DNA of 32,828 nt, from NCBI GenBank assembly GCA_047638655.1, contig JBLIMI010000001.1, positions 1 through 32,828 on the forward strand, in the 5' to 3' direction. Shown here piece after piece: positions 1 to 9,821 of this stretch. The DNA comes from Minisyncoccia bacterium. Its GTDB lineage: Bacteria > Planctomycetota > UBA1135 > GCA-002686595. The notes beneath the pieces were generated by a model that was not told the DNA's origin, ran no database searches, and worked only from the letters and a program-made list of their open reading frames with translations. The translations under genes were made by a program, and so were the position numbers. The stretch's first letter is position 1. Each line of letters begins with the position of its first letter.

Positions 1-706
1 TGGTGTCAAAGCCATCGCGTTCGCGCTCGTAGGTGGCGACGATTAGTGTGTCGGGATCGGTGGGGTGCATGTCCACGTCGATCACGCCGGTCTTGTCATC
101 GATGAAGAGGATCTTCTCCCATTTCTTACCGCCATCGGTGGTCTTGAACAGGCCACGTTCCTCGTTGGGGCCGAAGAGTCGTCCCATGGATCCGACGTAG
201 ACCGTGTCGGGCTCCTCTGGGTGAATGACAATGCGCCCCGTTTGAAAACTCTCCTTCAACCCTTTGCACTTCCAAGTCTCGCCCCCGTCTTCCGACTTGT
301 AGACGCCGGAGCCATAAGAGACAGAGTTGCGAGGGTTGGCCTCGCCCGTGCCGACCCACAGAATTTGATCATCAGAGGGAGCGACGGCAACGTGTCCGAT
401 GGACACGCAATCTTCGTGATCGAACTGGTGAGTGTAGGTGGTGCCTGCGTTCGTTGTCTTGAGTAGCCCACCGGAGGCCGTGGCAATCCAATAGGTGCTC
501 GAGTTCTGTTGACTGACCGCGATCGCGATGCAGCGGCCCCCCATGGAGGCGGGCCCCAGGGATCGGAACTCGAAGCTCTCGAGCCAGTCCTTCTCGAGCT
601 TCAAGGGCTCGTCGTCCCCAGAGAGGTTCAGCCCAGTTGCCCCGGTGGCGGCGGACAGTGGGAGGAGGCCAAGCAGAAAGAGGGCGGGGATGCGGGTGTG
701 GATCAT
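1..706 (-). CDS. BNR/Asp-box repeat, sortilin/VPS10-like secreted protein (N-terminal part only; the gene runs off the window edge)
   Basis: Not in the supplied ORF track because it has no stop in the window. I translated the minus strand from the ATG at 706. It gives MIHTRIPALFLLGLLPLSAATGATG (signal peptide), then ...FRSLGPASMGGRCIAIAVSQQNSSTYWIATASGGLLKTTNAGTTY...VGTGEANPRNSVSYGSGVYKSEDGGETWKCKGL...FKTTDGGKKWEKI... The Asp-box motif (S/T-x-D-G-G-x-T/K-W) repeats, and the frame stays open to position 1. Confidence 0.75.
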   Translation of the reverse strand, partial: MIHTRIPALFLLGLLPLSAATGATGLNLSGDDEPLKLEKDWLESFEFRSLGPASMGGRCIAIAVSQQNSSTYWIATASGGLLKTTNAGTTYTHQFDHEDCVSIGHVAVAPSDDQILWVGTGEANPRNSVSYGSGVYKSEDGGETWKCKGLKESFQTGRIVIHPEEPDTVYVGSMGRLFGPNEERGLFKTTDGGKKWEKILFIDDKTGVIDVDMHPTDPDTLIVATYERERDGFDT

Positions 707-913
707 TGCTGCGGATTCGGGCCGGCGAAGTGGTGGGGCAATCGACGATGCTGGGACTGGAATGATTTTCCAGGTCAGCCATCGGAGCCATCCGCTGGCG
801 AGTTGAGGGGACAGACCCAAAACTAGGGTCCTTTCTCGAACCCGCAAGCCCAATGGGCTGAGGATAACGACTGATTACCCCAGCCACACACTCCGTCCCT
901 CCCCAATGAAACG

Positions 914-961
914 GGCAGGTCCGCCCGGCGTCCCCCCCCCCGGGCGCCGAACGGACCTGCC
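914..961 (-). terminator. GC-rich inverted repeat enclosing a C10 homopolymer; possible terminator or structured element
   Basis: GGCAGGTCCG (914-923) and CGGACCTGCC (952-961) are perfect 10-bp complements. The interior contains a run of 10 C (932-941). It lies downstream of the 1022 stop on the minus strand, and only a weak T tract follows it on that strand. Confidence 0.35.
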
Positions 962-1021
962 ACCTGCCGAGGCGCCCTAATTTGCCTGCCGGGCGCCTGA
1001 TCCTGCCTTCGGGGTGCCGCC

Positions 1022-1401
1022 CTACAGCTGGTGTCCGGACTCAGAATGCGGGAAGTCTTGTGTCTTCAGACGTTTCGACTTCGACTTGGAGGAAGAGACC
1101 GCGTCCGGCTTGCTGTCCGCCATGCCGCACTGTTCCATGGCATGAGCCATGGACTTCGGTTCAGCAAAGCCGAGCACTAGAGACTTGTCGTAGTGCTCGA
1201 GTGCTTTGTCGCGGTTCAGTCGGCAAAGACCGAAAACGACCAGTCTCACACCGGCGGCAAACAGGCTGCTTTCTAGGATTCAAGAAGTCATCGGGGGTCG
1301 CCTCCTCCTTCTTCTTCCTGCGGCTGCAAGAGGTCGCGGAACTTGCCGATCTCTTCGGTACTGAATTTGGAGGAACGAACCAGGTTGAGTACAAGTGGCA
1401 T
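1022..1401 (-). pseudogene. Two short ORF fragments in different frames; possibly a decayed gene or two small proteins
   Basis: ATG at 1401 to TGA at 1288 gives the 37-aa MPLVLNLVRSSKFSTEEIGKFRDLLQPQEEEGGGDPR. GTG at 1249 to TAG at 1022 gives a 75-aa product containing a TPR-like stretch (KALEHYDKSLVLGFAEPKSMAHAMEQ). The two frames differ, and no family was recognised. Confidence 0.25.
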
Positions 1402-1572
1402 CGCCGCCCCGTCTGGATTTAGGGCTCATGCCTGGCTTGTGGCTGTGCCTCCGGTGGGGGGCGGGGAACTCCTATGTACTGTAGTCCTGCAAGGTGTAGG
1501 AGTTAGCTGCGGTGAATCTCCCCAAGCTTCGTATGAATTGCGCCAAGGGCTGTCCCAGGCCGGTTAGAAACG

Positions 1573-1616
1573 AACGGATCCCCCCAACCCGGCTGCCCGG
1601 GTTGGGGGGATCCGTT
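1573..1616 (-). terminator. Strong hairpin downstream of etfA (putative intrinsic terminator)
   Basis: AACGGATCCCCCCAACCCGG (1573-1592), loop CTGC, then CCGGGTTGGGGGGATCCGTT (1597-1616). This is a perfect 20-bp stem that starts 22 nt past the etfA stop. On the minus strand it is followed by TCGTTTCT. Confidence 0.65.
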
Positions 1617-1637
1617 TCAGTGGCCTAATTGGCCGCC

Positions 1638-2588
1638 CTAGACGCGGGCTTTCTTGATGGCGGCGGTGAGCGCAGGCACCACCTCAAAAGCATCCCCAAC
1701 GATGCCGTAGTCGGCCAGTTTGAAGATAGGAGCGTCCGCGTCTTTGTTGATGGCGACGATCACACCGGAGGTCTTCATACCCGCCACGTGCTGAATCGCG
1801 CCGGAGATTCCGACAGCGATGTAGAGCGAGGGCGAGACGACTTTGCCAGTCTGGCCCACTTGCTCAGCGTGCGGACGCCACCCAGCGTCGACCACTGCTC
1901 GGCTGGCGCCAACGGCAGCGTTTCCGAGCGCGTTCGCGAGGTCTTCGATGATGCCGAAGCCCTCGGGACCCTTGAGCCCGCGGCCCCCGGAGACCACCAC
2001 AGGCGCTTCTGCCACGTCGAGTTTGCCACCTTCCTTGGCGGCGATGCCGGTCACTGTGACTTTGCCGTCCGTGGAAGCGGGGCGCTCGGAGACATCAGCA
2101 CTTCCGCCGACTTCCTTTGCGGGGAACGAGTTGACTCGAGTCGTGGCGCAGAACACCGCGCCTTCCGACGTGCAGTGGGCGATGACCTTGCCAGCGAGCC
2201 AGGGTCGAGTGGCCTTGAAACTCTCACCGGCGGCTTCGAGTTGGGTGCAGTCCCCGAGCAAGGCAGAGTCGAGCAACATGGCCACGCGCGGAGCGAGGTC
2301 CTTGCCCGTGCTTGTTGCGGCGGCGAGAAATCCTTTCACGCCCGCATCTCGTGCGACCGCAGCGAGGTCCCTTGCTGTTGCATCGGGACTATAAAGGTCT
2401 GCGCCCGTGAGGCAGATGACTTTGGAGGCACCGTAATTGCCGAGATTGGCAGCGGCCTGGGAGGCTTCGGCGCCGCCCACGATGGCAGTCACCTCTGCAC
2501 CGGTTGCTTTGGCAGCGGAGAGGCATTCGAGGGAAGCGCGGCGGGGGGTGCCGGCGTTGTGTTCAACGAAGACGAGAATGGAGGACAT
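1638..2588 (-). CDS. etfA: Electron transfer flavoprotein, alpha subunit
   Basis: 316-aa ORF starting MSSILVFVEHNAG. The C-terminal FAD-binding region (...AEQVGQTGKVVSPSLYIAVGISGAIQHVAGM...) is typical of ETF-alpha. It lies 20 nt downstream of etfB on the same strand. Confidence 0.93.
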   Translation of the reverse strand: MSSILVFVEHNAGTPRRASLECLSAAKATGAEVTAIVGGAEASQAAANLGNYGASKVICLTGADLYSPDATARDLAAVARDAGVKGFLAAATSTGKDLAPRVAMLLDSALLGDCTQLEAAGESFKATRPWLAGKVIAHCTSEGAVFCATTRVNSFPAKEVGGSADVSERPASTDGKVTVTGIAAKEGGKLDVAEAPVVVSGGRGLKGPEGFGIIEDLANALGNAAVGASRAVVDAGWRPHAEQVGQTGKVVSPSLYIAVGISGAIQHVAGMKTSGVIVAINKDADAPIFKLADYGIVGDAFEVVPALTAAIKKARV

Positions 2589-2608
2589 GTTTCTTGTTCC
2601 TTGCAGCT

Positions 2609-3361
2609 TTAGAGGACTTTGGCTTCGCTACGGAGTGCTTCGATCAAGGCCGGTACCGCGTCGATACCCTCCCCAACAATGCGTCCTGCGGAACGGGCGG
2701 GAGGCAGGTCGAGGCTTTCGACTTGCACTTGATTGGGCACATCCTCGAAGCCGGCTTCTTCGAGGGGTTTCTTCTTGGCAGCCATGATTCCTTTGAGCCC
2801 CGCGTAACGGGGTTCGTTCAGGCCTTTGTCACAGGTGATGATGGCCGGAAGAGTGAATTCCAGCGATTCCACGCCGCTCTCGGTTTCCCGTTTGGCGCTG
2901 GCTTTACCGTCCTCGATCGAGAGTTCGATGACGTCCGTCACACACGCCCAACCGAGTTTGGTCGCGGTCATCGCGCCCACTGCGTTGTTGTCGCGATCCG
3001 TGGCCACCTTGCCGAAGAAAGCGATCTCGGCACCGATCTCTTGAAGCTTGCTGGCGAGCACCTTGGCCGTCGACAAGTTGTCGCGACCCGTCCACTCGGC
3101 GTCGGTCAAGATGATGCCGCCGTCGGCGCCCTTGGCGATGCACTCGCGTACTTCCTTGGAGGCTTCTGACGGGCCAATGGTGAGAATCGTGACATCGCCA
3201 CCCAGTGCTTCCTTCGTTTGGATCGCCTGTTCAACAGCGATCTCGTCATAGAAGGAGGTCATGTACTGGTAGCCGGCCGTGTCGAGGCTCTTTCCGTCGC
3301 CGCCAACCTTGGCCTGGGCGTCGGTCGTCGGAACGCGTTTGATGCAGGCGACGATTTTCAT
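2609..3361 (-). CDS. etfB: Electron transfer flavoprotein, beta subunit
   Basis: ORF 2609..3403 trimmed to the ATG at 3361, giving MKIVACIKRVPTTDAQAKV, the canonical ETF-beta N-terminus. The 14 upstream codons are Pro/Gly-rich and unsupported. Confidence 0.93.
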   Translation of the reverse strand: MKIVACIKRVPTTDAQAKVGGDGKSLDTAGYQYMTSFYDEIAVEQAIQTKEALGGDVTILTIGPSEASKEVRECIAKGADGGIILTDAEWTGRDNLSTAKVLASKLQEIGAEIAFFGKVATDRDNNAVGAMTATKLGWACVTDVIELSIEDGKASAKRETESGVESLEFTLPAIITCDKGLNEPRYAGLKGIMAAKKKPLEEAGFEDVPNQVQVESLDLPPARSAGRIVGEGIDAVPALIEALRSEAKVL

Positions 3362-3533
3362 GGGTTGTTCTTTTGGATGAGGAGGGCGCAGAGGAGCGCC
3401 CACCAGTCGTGGTGCTGGCGTCGAGCGGGAGGTCCGAAAGCCGCAGGCTACACCGATTTTTCGCCAGGGACGATAGCCGCGTCCGTTCTCCCGAGCAAGG
3501 GGGATCAGGCGGGAACGGTGGGATCTGGCACCC

Positions 3534-4493
3534 TCAATCTGCGGCGGAAGAGCCCGGCGGGGCGGCCTCGGCCCGCAGCGTCAGGACCCGGTGCTGAAGA
3601 AAGTCCTCGTAGGCCTTCATCTCGATCGGGACGAATTTCAAGTCCGCTTGCGTCAGGTCCACCTCTGCGGACACGTAGTGCTTCTTGTCGACATCCAGGT
3701 AGAGCCGCATCAGATAGACCTCTGGTATCAGACCGCTGATGAGAAAGCTCCCGAGCCCGTCTGGACGTGATGTTTGACGCCTGGGGACGTCGGGATTCAC
3801 CTCCTCCAGGGCTTTCAAGTAATCGGCATGGGCTTCGAGGTCGGTGGAGCAACTGGCCTCGGCCACGACGAAAGAGGGGTCATGGGCGAAGAACATCTCG
3901 AGTTCCAAAATCGTCATGTCATTGATGCCGTCAAAGAATCCCCCTGCGAACTCCCGGGTGCCCACGAGCACAAGATCAAAGGTGCTCGTTTGGTTAGAGA
4001 GCACCTGTACAGCGCCCATGAAGCAGCAGCCCGAGTTCATGTCCGTCACAAGACCTGTAAAGAATACATTCCATGGACCGGGCGCCAGCTCAATACGGTA
4101 TTCACCAGCAGCATTCGCGGAGATGCTTGAGCCCGGACGCTGACGCTGTCCCGCGAAGCGAAAAAGGACACGGCCTTTGGGGATCACCTCGCCGAAACCG
4201 TCCAGGACTCTCCCCTGCAGCAACCCGGGCACGTAGGGGTACAGCGGACTGGAGTCTTGTGTCTCGCTGCCTTCACGGGCGGCCTCGAGTTCGGAGGAAA
4301 CAACTGCTTCGGAGGAGGGGACCGGGGCGCGGGGCACGGGCGCAGCATCCTTCCTAGCGGCCGGTGACTCTTGAACTTGGAATTGCGGGGTCTGCGGCGA
4401 CAAGGACTCTTGGGCGGGCAGGTCCGCGCGCCAGTAGATCACGGCCATCAAGGAGATGAAGAGAAGTGCAAACAGTGGTTTGGACTTGAGCAT
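3534..4493 (-). CDS. Hypothetical secreted or membrane-anchored protein with a carboxypeptidase-regulatory-like beta-sandwich segment
   Basis: ORF trimmed to the ATG at 4493. MLKSKPLFALLFISLMAVIYW is a signal peptide or anchor, followed by a Pro/Ser/Ala-rich linker. GRVLDGFGEVIPKGRVLF...AAGEYRIELAPGPWNVFF resembles a CarboxypepD_reg-type fold. No catalytic motif was recognised. Confidence 0.65.
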   Translation of the reverse strand: MLKSKPLFALLFISLMAVIYWRADLPAQESLSPQTPQFQVQESPAARKDAAPVPRAPVPSSEAVVSSELEAAREGSETQDSSPLYPYVPGLLQGRVLDGFGEVIPKGRVLFRFAGQRQRPGSSISANAAGEYRIELAPGPWNVFFTGLVTDMNSGCCFMGAVQVLSNQTSTFDLVLVGTREFAGGFFDGINDMTILELEMFFAHDPSFVVAEASCSTDLEAHADYLKALEEVNPDVPRRQTSRPDGLGSFLISGLIPEVYLMRLYLDVDKKHYVSAEVDLTQADLKFVPIEMKAYEDFLQHRVLTLRAEAAPPGSSAAD

Positions 4494-4580
4494 GATTGAG
4501 GATCTAGAGCATGGCCTGGGTGGCGCACTGAGTGGGGCGCCCCCGCAACCAAGAACCATGGCTGCGGGGGGAGTGAGATT

Positions 4581-5108
4581 CTAGGGGCAAGGGCAAACCG
4601 TCTTGGTCTTCGACTTCATCTTGCGGCTGATCCATTGTTCCCAGCATGTTTCGGTCACAATGGAACCGCCCACTCCCCAGGGCTTGGCCCCCAGGCTGGC
4701 CCTGGTGCACATTTGAACTTTGTAGCGCACGGTGAATGTGACGTAGACCTCGATGCAGTCTCCTTCGCCGAAACCTGTCTGAACGGTACCGTTCGGGCCA
4801 GAGAGGCGGCCTGCTTCATTTGTGATGTCGACGCTGACGGTGGCGCTTCCGTCCTCGTTCATCTGCGCGTCTCCCGCGCCAAGCGGGTCATCGCTCACCG
4901 TGTCCGATTCGAAGCCTCGGGTCGAGTTGTCCTTGACCTCGCCTCCCACGGGCATGTCCGCATCGAAGGTGATTGGTGTCGTCTCGCCGTCTTTGACGCA
5001 CTGCGAGTCAAAGAAAGGTGAGGCGATGGCTGGAACGGCGGCGATCAGGGTGGCGAGCGGAATGCTGAAGAGCGGAGCCCGCAGAGCTTTCAGTAGAAGA
5101 GTAGACAT
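4581..5108 (-). CDS. Hypothetical small secreted Cys-containing protein (175 aa)
   Basis: ORF trimmed to the ATG at 5108. MSTLLLKALRAPLFSIPLATLIAAVPAIASP is a signal peptide. The mature part has 6 Cys and ends in VCPCP. No family was recognised. Confidence 0.55.
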   Translation of the reverse strand: MSTLLLKALRAPLFSIPLATLIAAVPAIASPFFDSQCVKDGETTPITFDADMPVGGEVKDNSTRGFESDTVSDDPLGAGDAQMNEDGSATVSVDITNEAGRLSGPNGTVQTGFGEGDCIEVYVTFTVRYKVQMCTRASLGAKPWGVGGSIVTETCWEQWISRKMKSKTKTVCPCP

Positions 5109-5300
5109 TCGAATCCCCCAATGGATCTTGAGTGTTGCGTGAGCAATGGCCCCTCCCTCGAGCGGATCGTTGCAGATGCGAGCCCGGGGGCCTTTCGGTC
5201 GCCGTGGGCAATCCAATCCCCCGCGCATCCGATCTACAGACGCCTTGCAGCCATCGACGTCCCGCGACTTGTTCGCTTTTCCTGGGGGCACCCCCAGCAA

Positions 5301-6101
5301 TCACTCCTCGAACAGTCCAGCTTCCTCGGCCATGGTGACTTTGTTGACCTTCACTTCGAAGCTCTCTCCGAGGTACACCTTGCGAACCTCGGGATCCGTC
5401 ACCAACTCGTCGCCCGTGCCTTCCCGCAGGATTCTTCCCCGGTGAATGATGTATGCACGATCGGTGCTCTGCAGGGTTTCGCGCACATTGTGGTCCGTGA
5501 TCAGGATGCCAATGCCTTGCTCGCGCAGGTGGTGGATCAGTTGTTGGATCTCCTGCACGTTGATGGGATCCACGCCAGCAAAAGGTTCGTCTAGCAGCAG
5601 CACTGACGGCCGTGTCGCGAGGGCGCGGGCCAGTTCCAACCGACGCCGTTCACCTCCCGATAATGTTGCAGCGGAGTTCTTGCAGAGGTGATCTAGCTCG
5701 AGATTTTCCAGGATGCGGTGCATCTCCTTGATGCGCTCCCTGCGGTTCAGCTTCATGGTCTCGAGCACGGCCAGCACATTGTCTTGGACATTCATGCGGC
5801 GAAAAACGCTCGTGTCTTGGGGCAGGTAGCCCATGCCGAGCCGGGCGCGCTTGAACATGGGGAGTTTGGCGCAATCCCTTCCTCGCAACTCGACCCGCCC
5901 TTTGTCGGGGCGGATGAGCCCGACGATCATTCGGAAACTCGTGCTCTTGCCAGCCCCGTTGGGGCCGAGCAGTCCCACAATCTCCCCCGCATGGACCTGC
6001 ACGAAGACGTCGTCCACCACTCGGCGTCCCTTGAAAGCCTTCTGCAGGCCTTCCACATCGAGCAACAGATCGCCCTCGATAATCTCTCCTGCAGTCTTCA
6101 T
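5301..6101 (-). CDS. lptB: LPS export ABC transporter ATP-binding protein LptB
   Basis: Walker A GPNGAGKST, signature LSGGERRRLELARAL and Walker B LLLDEPFAGVD. The length (266 aa) and the overall LptB-like sequence (GYLPQDTSVFRRMNVQDNVLAVLE) also fit. Confidence 0.88.
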   Translation of the reverse strand: MKTAGEIIEGDLLLDVEGLQKAFKGRRVVDDVFVQVHAGEIVGLLGPNGAGKSTSFRMIVGLIRPDKGRVELRGRDCAKLPMFKRARLGMGYLPQDTSVFRRMNVQDNVLAVLETMKLNRRERIKEMHRILENLELDHLCKNSAATLSGGERRRLELARALATRPSVLLLDEPFAGVDPINVQEIQQLIHHLREQGIGILITDHNVRETLQSTDRAYIIHRGRILREGTGDELVTDPEVRKVYLGESFEVKVNKVTMAEEAGLFEE

Positions 6102-6577
6102 GATCGGATCATAGCTTGGATCTTGGCGGCGGTTCTAAGTCTCAACCCTATCAAGACTTCGGTCGTTAGCGCTTCAAGGGTTCGAAGCGCTCTAAGGGGC
6201 TGCGGCGAGGGGGCTTGCGGGAGCGGAACTGGGGTTAATTGCCTGACCCAAGAGCGGGAAGAAGCTCCTTGGCAAGCTTCCGAAGCAAAAAAGGTTCGTG
6301 TGGATAACTTGGGGAAAGAAAAGGGGCGAGCCCTTTCTAGGGTGAGGATTCGGAACCCGGGCTTTTTCAATGACTTAGGTAGCCTGCGTCAGGAGAGCGA
6401 ATTGAAGGGGCTCGTAAGTCATGGGGAGACGGTTGTTTAGCGTAGGAACTTGCAACGTGTAAAGTCTGCACCTGATGTCTCGAGCGCCCACTCAATTGAG
6501 GGCTTGTTCTTGACAGCTACCCCGTGGGGCTTCTCCCGCGCCGTGTGGACAACCAAAATTGCCCGACTTCAAGTGGG

Positions 6578-8008
6578 TCAATGAACCCAGGTCAGGCGCC
6601 ACAATTTGAAGCTCGGCTTCATGGGCCAAAAGACCACAACTGCCCGCCCTGTAATGAGTTCGCGCGGTACCAGGCTCAGCTTCTCAGGGCTCATGGGCTC
6701 CGCATCAGCGGCCTTGTAGTGGTGCAATTCGCCGAACTCGTCCCGGAACCACTCGACCGCGCCGCCGGGCAGGCCCTGGACGATGCGCGGGTTCTCATTG
6801 TTCAGTCCGCGGTCGTTGCCTCGCAGGATCTCTCCGGTCCCGCGCGGATAGCGTACACGGCGCAGCATCCATTCCCGGGAGTCGCTTGAGTCCTGGGTGT
6901 TGTCACCGAGCATGACGTAGTGATCGTCCGGGATCACGAAGGTGGCTTGCTTGGCGTGGTCGCTCGTGTAGAAGATGTCGCGATAGGCCATCAACTCCTC
7001 GAAGTCGGCGCCCTCGCCTTCCACGTGCAGGAAAATGGCGCTGGCCTGTTTGCTGGCGGAAGGGATCTCGAGTTCCAGCACGGTCTCCCCGTCGATCTGA
7101 AGGCTCAGGAGGTCGTCCATGTTTTGCACGGAGACTTCGACGCGGCTGCCAGCTTCCAGCTTCCAGGCGATGTCACCCTTGATCTCACGAGAGGTAGCTA
7201 GGGGCGTCGTGGAGCTATTGACCGTGTCCTTGGCCTCGATCCGGAGCACCTCGCCGGTCTTGGCGGCGGGCCCCGGGAGCACGAAATGGTACTGGCGGCT
7301 TCCTTCTCGCAGATCGATCACGATCCGTTCGCAACCCGGGAGCGCTTCGATTTGGGTGCTCAGGCGCAGGTCGCCCACAGGGAAGCGGCTCGACTGGCCG
7401 TTGGGGCGAATCGCCCCCCGAATGCTGAGGGGGTAGCCGTCACGGTAGTCATCCATGATCGAGCCACTTGCGGGGTAGCGCAGGCTACCGTTGCCGCGGG
7501 CACTGACTTCTTCGCCCTCCACTTGCCATGTGCGAGCGCCGCCGTTGGCTTTCCAACCCCCGAGTCCGCCTTGGCCGGGGTAGAGAGCCTTCCAGACTTC
7601 GTCCTGGATCGGCTGCGGTCGGCGCAGGGGTTTCCATTCCGAGTCAGAATCCGGGCGGTTGAAGAGGTCGCCGTCTTCGATCTTCAACTCCTCCGGACCC
7701 ACACCCACCATGCGCTTGATGAAGTTCTTGGAGAGGTCGAGCGGGTACTTGAAGACCGTCACTTCCCAACGTTCAGGCTCACGGAAGTGATAGGAGAACT
7801 TGTCCACCAGGATGCGGTCCTTGATGTCCGTCTCCTCATTGCCCATCAAGGTCGGCTGCATGGATCCGGTGGGGATCTTGTAAGCCTCAACGATGAAGTA
7901 CTTGAGCATCACCGCCATCACGACTGCCATCGTGATGGCCTCGATGTTCTCTCTCCAGGGGTTGGAGGACTTCTTGGCGTCGTTGTCCTCAGCTGTTGCT
8001 GTTGCCAT
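6578..8008 (-). CDS. lepB: Signal peptidase I (S26) with enlarged non-catalytic insertions
   Basis: ORF trimmed to the ATG at 8008, which is 4 nt after the lepA stop. It has a TM segment (ITMAVVMAVMLKYFIV), Ser box IPTGSMQPTL, box C RILVDKFSYHF, Lys box NFIKRMVGVGPEE and box E MLGDNTQDSSDSREW. The lepA-lepB gene order is classical. Confidence 0.9.
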   Translation of the reverse strand: MATATAEDNDAKKSSNPWRENIEAITMAVVMAVMLKYFIVEAYKIPTGSMQPTLMGNEETDIKDRILVDKFSYHFREPERWEVTVFKYPLDLSKNFIKRMVGVGPEELKIEDGDLFNRPDSDSEWKPLRRPQPIQDEVWKALYPGQGGLGGWKANGGARTWQVEGEEVSARGNGSLRYPASGSIMDDYRDGYPLSIRGAIRPNGQSSRFPVGDLRLSTQIEALPGCERIVIDLREGSRQYHFVLPGPAAKTGEVLRIEAKDTVNSSTTPLATSREIKGDIAWKLEAGSRVEVSVQNMDDLLSLQIDGETVLELEIPSASKQASAIFLHVEGEGADFEELMAYRDIFYTSDHAKQATFVIPDDHYVMLGDNTQDSSDSREWMLRRVRYPRGTGEILRGNDRGLNNENPRIVQGLPGGAVEWFRDEFGELHHYKAADAEPMSPEKLSLVPRELITGRAVVVFWPMKPSFKLWRLTWVH

Positions 8009-8012
8009 GGGG

Positions 8013-9812
<1,800 letters not shown>

Positions 9813-9821
9813 GGAGAGTGC

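Noticed and set aside
982-1422. A 146-aa plus-strand ORF spanning the poorly coding 707-1637 region.
   Set aside because: It starts at a TTG inside the GC-rich repeat region and is Arg/Ser/Cys/Pro-rich with no motif. It is not more convincing than the minus-strand fragments, so it is left uncalled.
1629-2612. A 327-aa plus-strand ORF covering the whole etfA locus. Similar long mirror ORFs occur elsewhere: 2504..3169 +, 5718..6440 +, 7286..8200 +, 8862..9899 +, 10768..11271 +, 13582..14340 -, 18093..19184 +, 20543..21103 +, 22319..22933 +.
   Set aside because: They lie antisense to genes with strong family motifs. They are rich in Arg/Gly/Ala/His/Asp low-complexity sequence and lack any recognisable motif. 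This is the usual open antisense frame of high-GC coding DNA.
3526-3542. TGGCAC-containing sequence resembling the -24 element of a sigma-54 promoter.
   Set aside because: The GG-to-GC spacing is off by 2 nt relative to the TGGCAC-N5-TTGC consensus. It is on the plus strand with no downstream plus-strand gene, and it overlaps the 3' end of a minus-strand CDS.
6176-6191. A GGTTCGAA T-loop-like sequence, considered as a possible tRNA gene.
   Set aside because: No acceptor, D or anticodon arms can be built around it. It is simply the loop and 3' arm of an 8-bp hairpin.
6098-6370. A 90-aa minus-strand ORF immediately upstream of lptB, considered as a possible LptA/LptC-like gene.
   Set aside because: It has no signal peptide or TM anchor, its composition is Arg/Ser/Pro/Leu-rich, and it overlaps the lptB start by 4 nt. 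It shows no OstA-like beta-jellyroll pattern.
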